DNA of 63,273 nucleotides, filler included, from Choristocarpus tenellus KU-1152 (lineage: Eukaryota > Protista > Phaeophyceae): the NCBI GenBank assembly GCA_964200185.2. It is 12 parts of 12 records of this genome, joined end to end, with 100 filler letters (N's around TTAATTAATTAA, not from the genome) between each part and the next. Parts side by side here need not be neighbours in the genome. Positions count along the whole stretch, not along the records: positions 60,573 to 63,273 come from CAXNAD020025512.1; 11 more parts are not named here. One strand, written 5' to 3'. The translations under genes were made by a program, and so were the position numbers. Below the pieces are notes generated by a model that was not told the origin of the DNA, made no database searches, and saw nothing but the letters and a program-made list of their open reading frames with translations. Position 1 is the first letter of the stretch; each line of letters begins with the position of its first letter. This document shows, in pieces, positions 63,273 to 63,273 of this stretch.

Positions 63273-63273
63273 T

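Noticed and set aside
1-63273. Functional clustering of ciliary/calcium genes (EF-hand, FBF1-like, IQ) across the window
   Set aside because: They lie on different artificially concatenated contigs, so no linkage can be inferred.

Overview
This is eukaryotic, intron-rich draft DNA, not a contiguous locus. Twelve contigs are joined by eleven artificial 100-bp spacers (N44-TTAATTAATTAA-N44), so adjacency across spacers is meaningless. Gene style (many GT-AG introns, ciliary genes, plant/stramenopile-type mariner relics, short TTAGGG tracts) suggests a stramenopile such as a brown-alga relative; this is inference only. Hand-spliced genes: the 3' end of an EF-hand protein; a complete phosphatase-less DUSP12/Yvh1 zinc-binding-domain gene head-to-head (about 260 bp) with a DDX21/RH7-type DEAD-box helicase that has a GC-AG intron; a Gly/Arg-rich protein with a PAM2-like motif; an FBF1-like coiled-coil gene divergent from a tandem-SH3 gene; a multi-IQ protein; and one exportin-1 (CRM1) exon. 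Repeats: two abundant related MITE families with 4-bp TSDs (Sola-like, about 19 copies or fragments, sitting at half of the contig ends), a SINE-like repeat often found tail-to-tail, two mariner transposase relics, and a 1.4-kb Copia element with both LTRs and a 5-bp TSD that keeps only an open RT-end/RNase H frame. I found no convincing wholly new biological system. The best leads are the Sola-like MITE pair, the minimal Copia element and the Yvh1-ZBD/DDX21 divergent pair.
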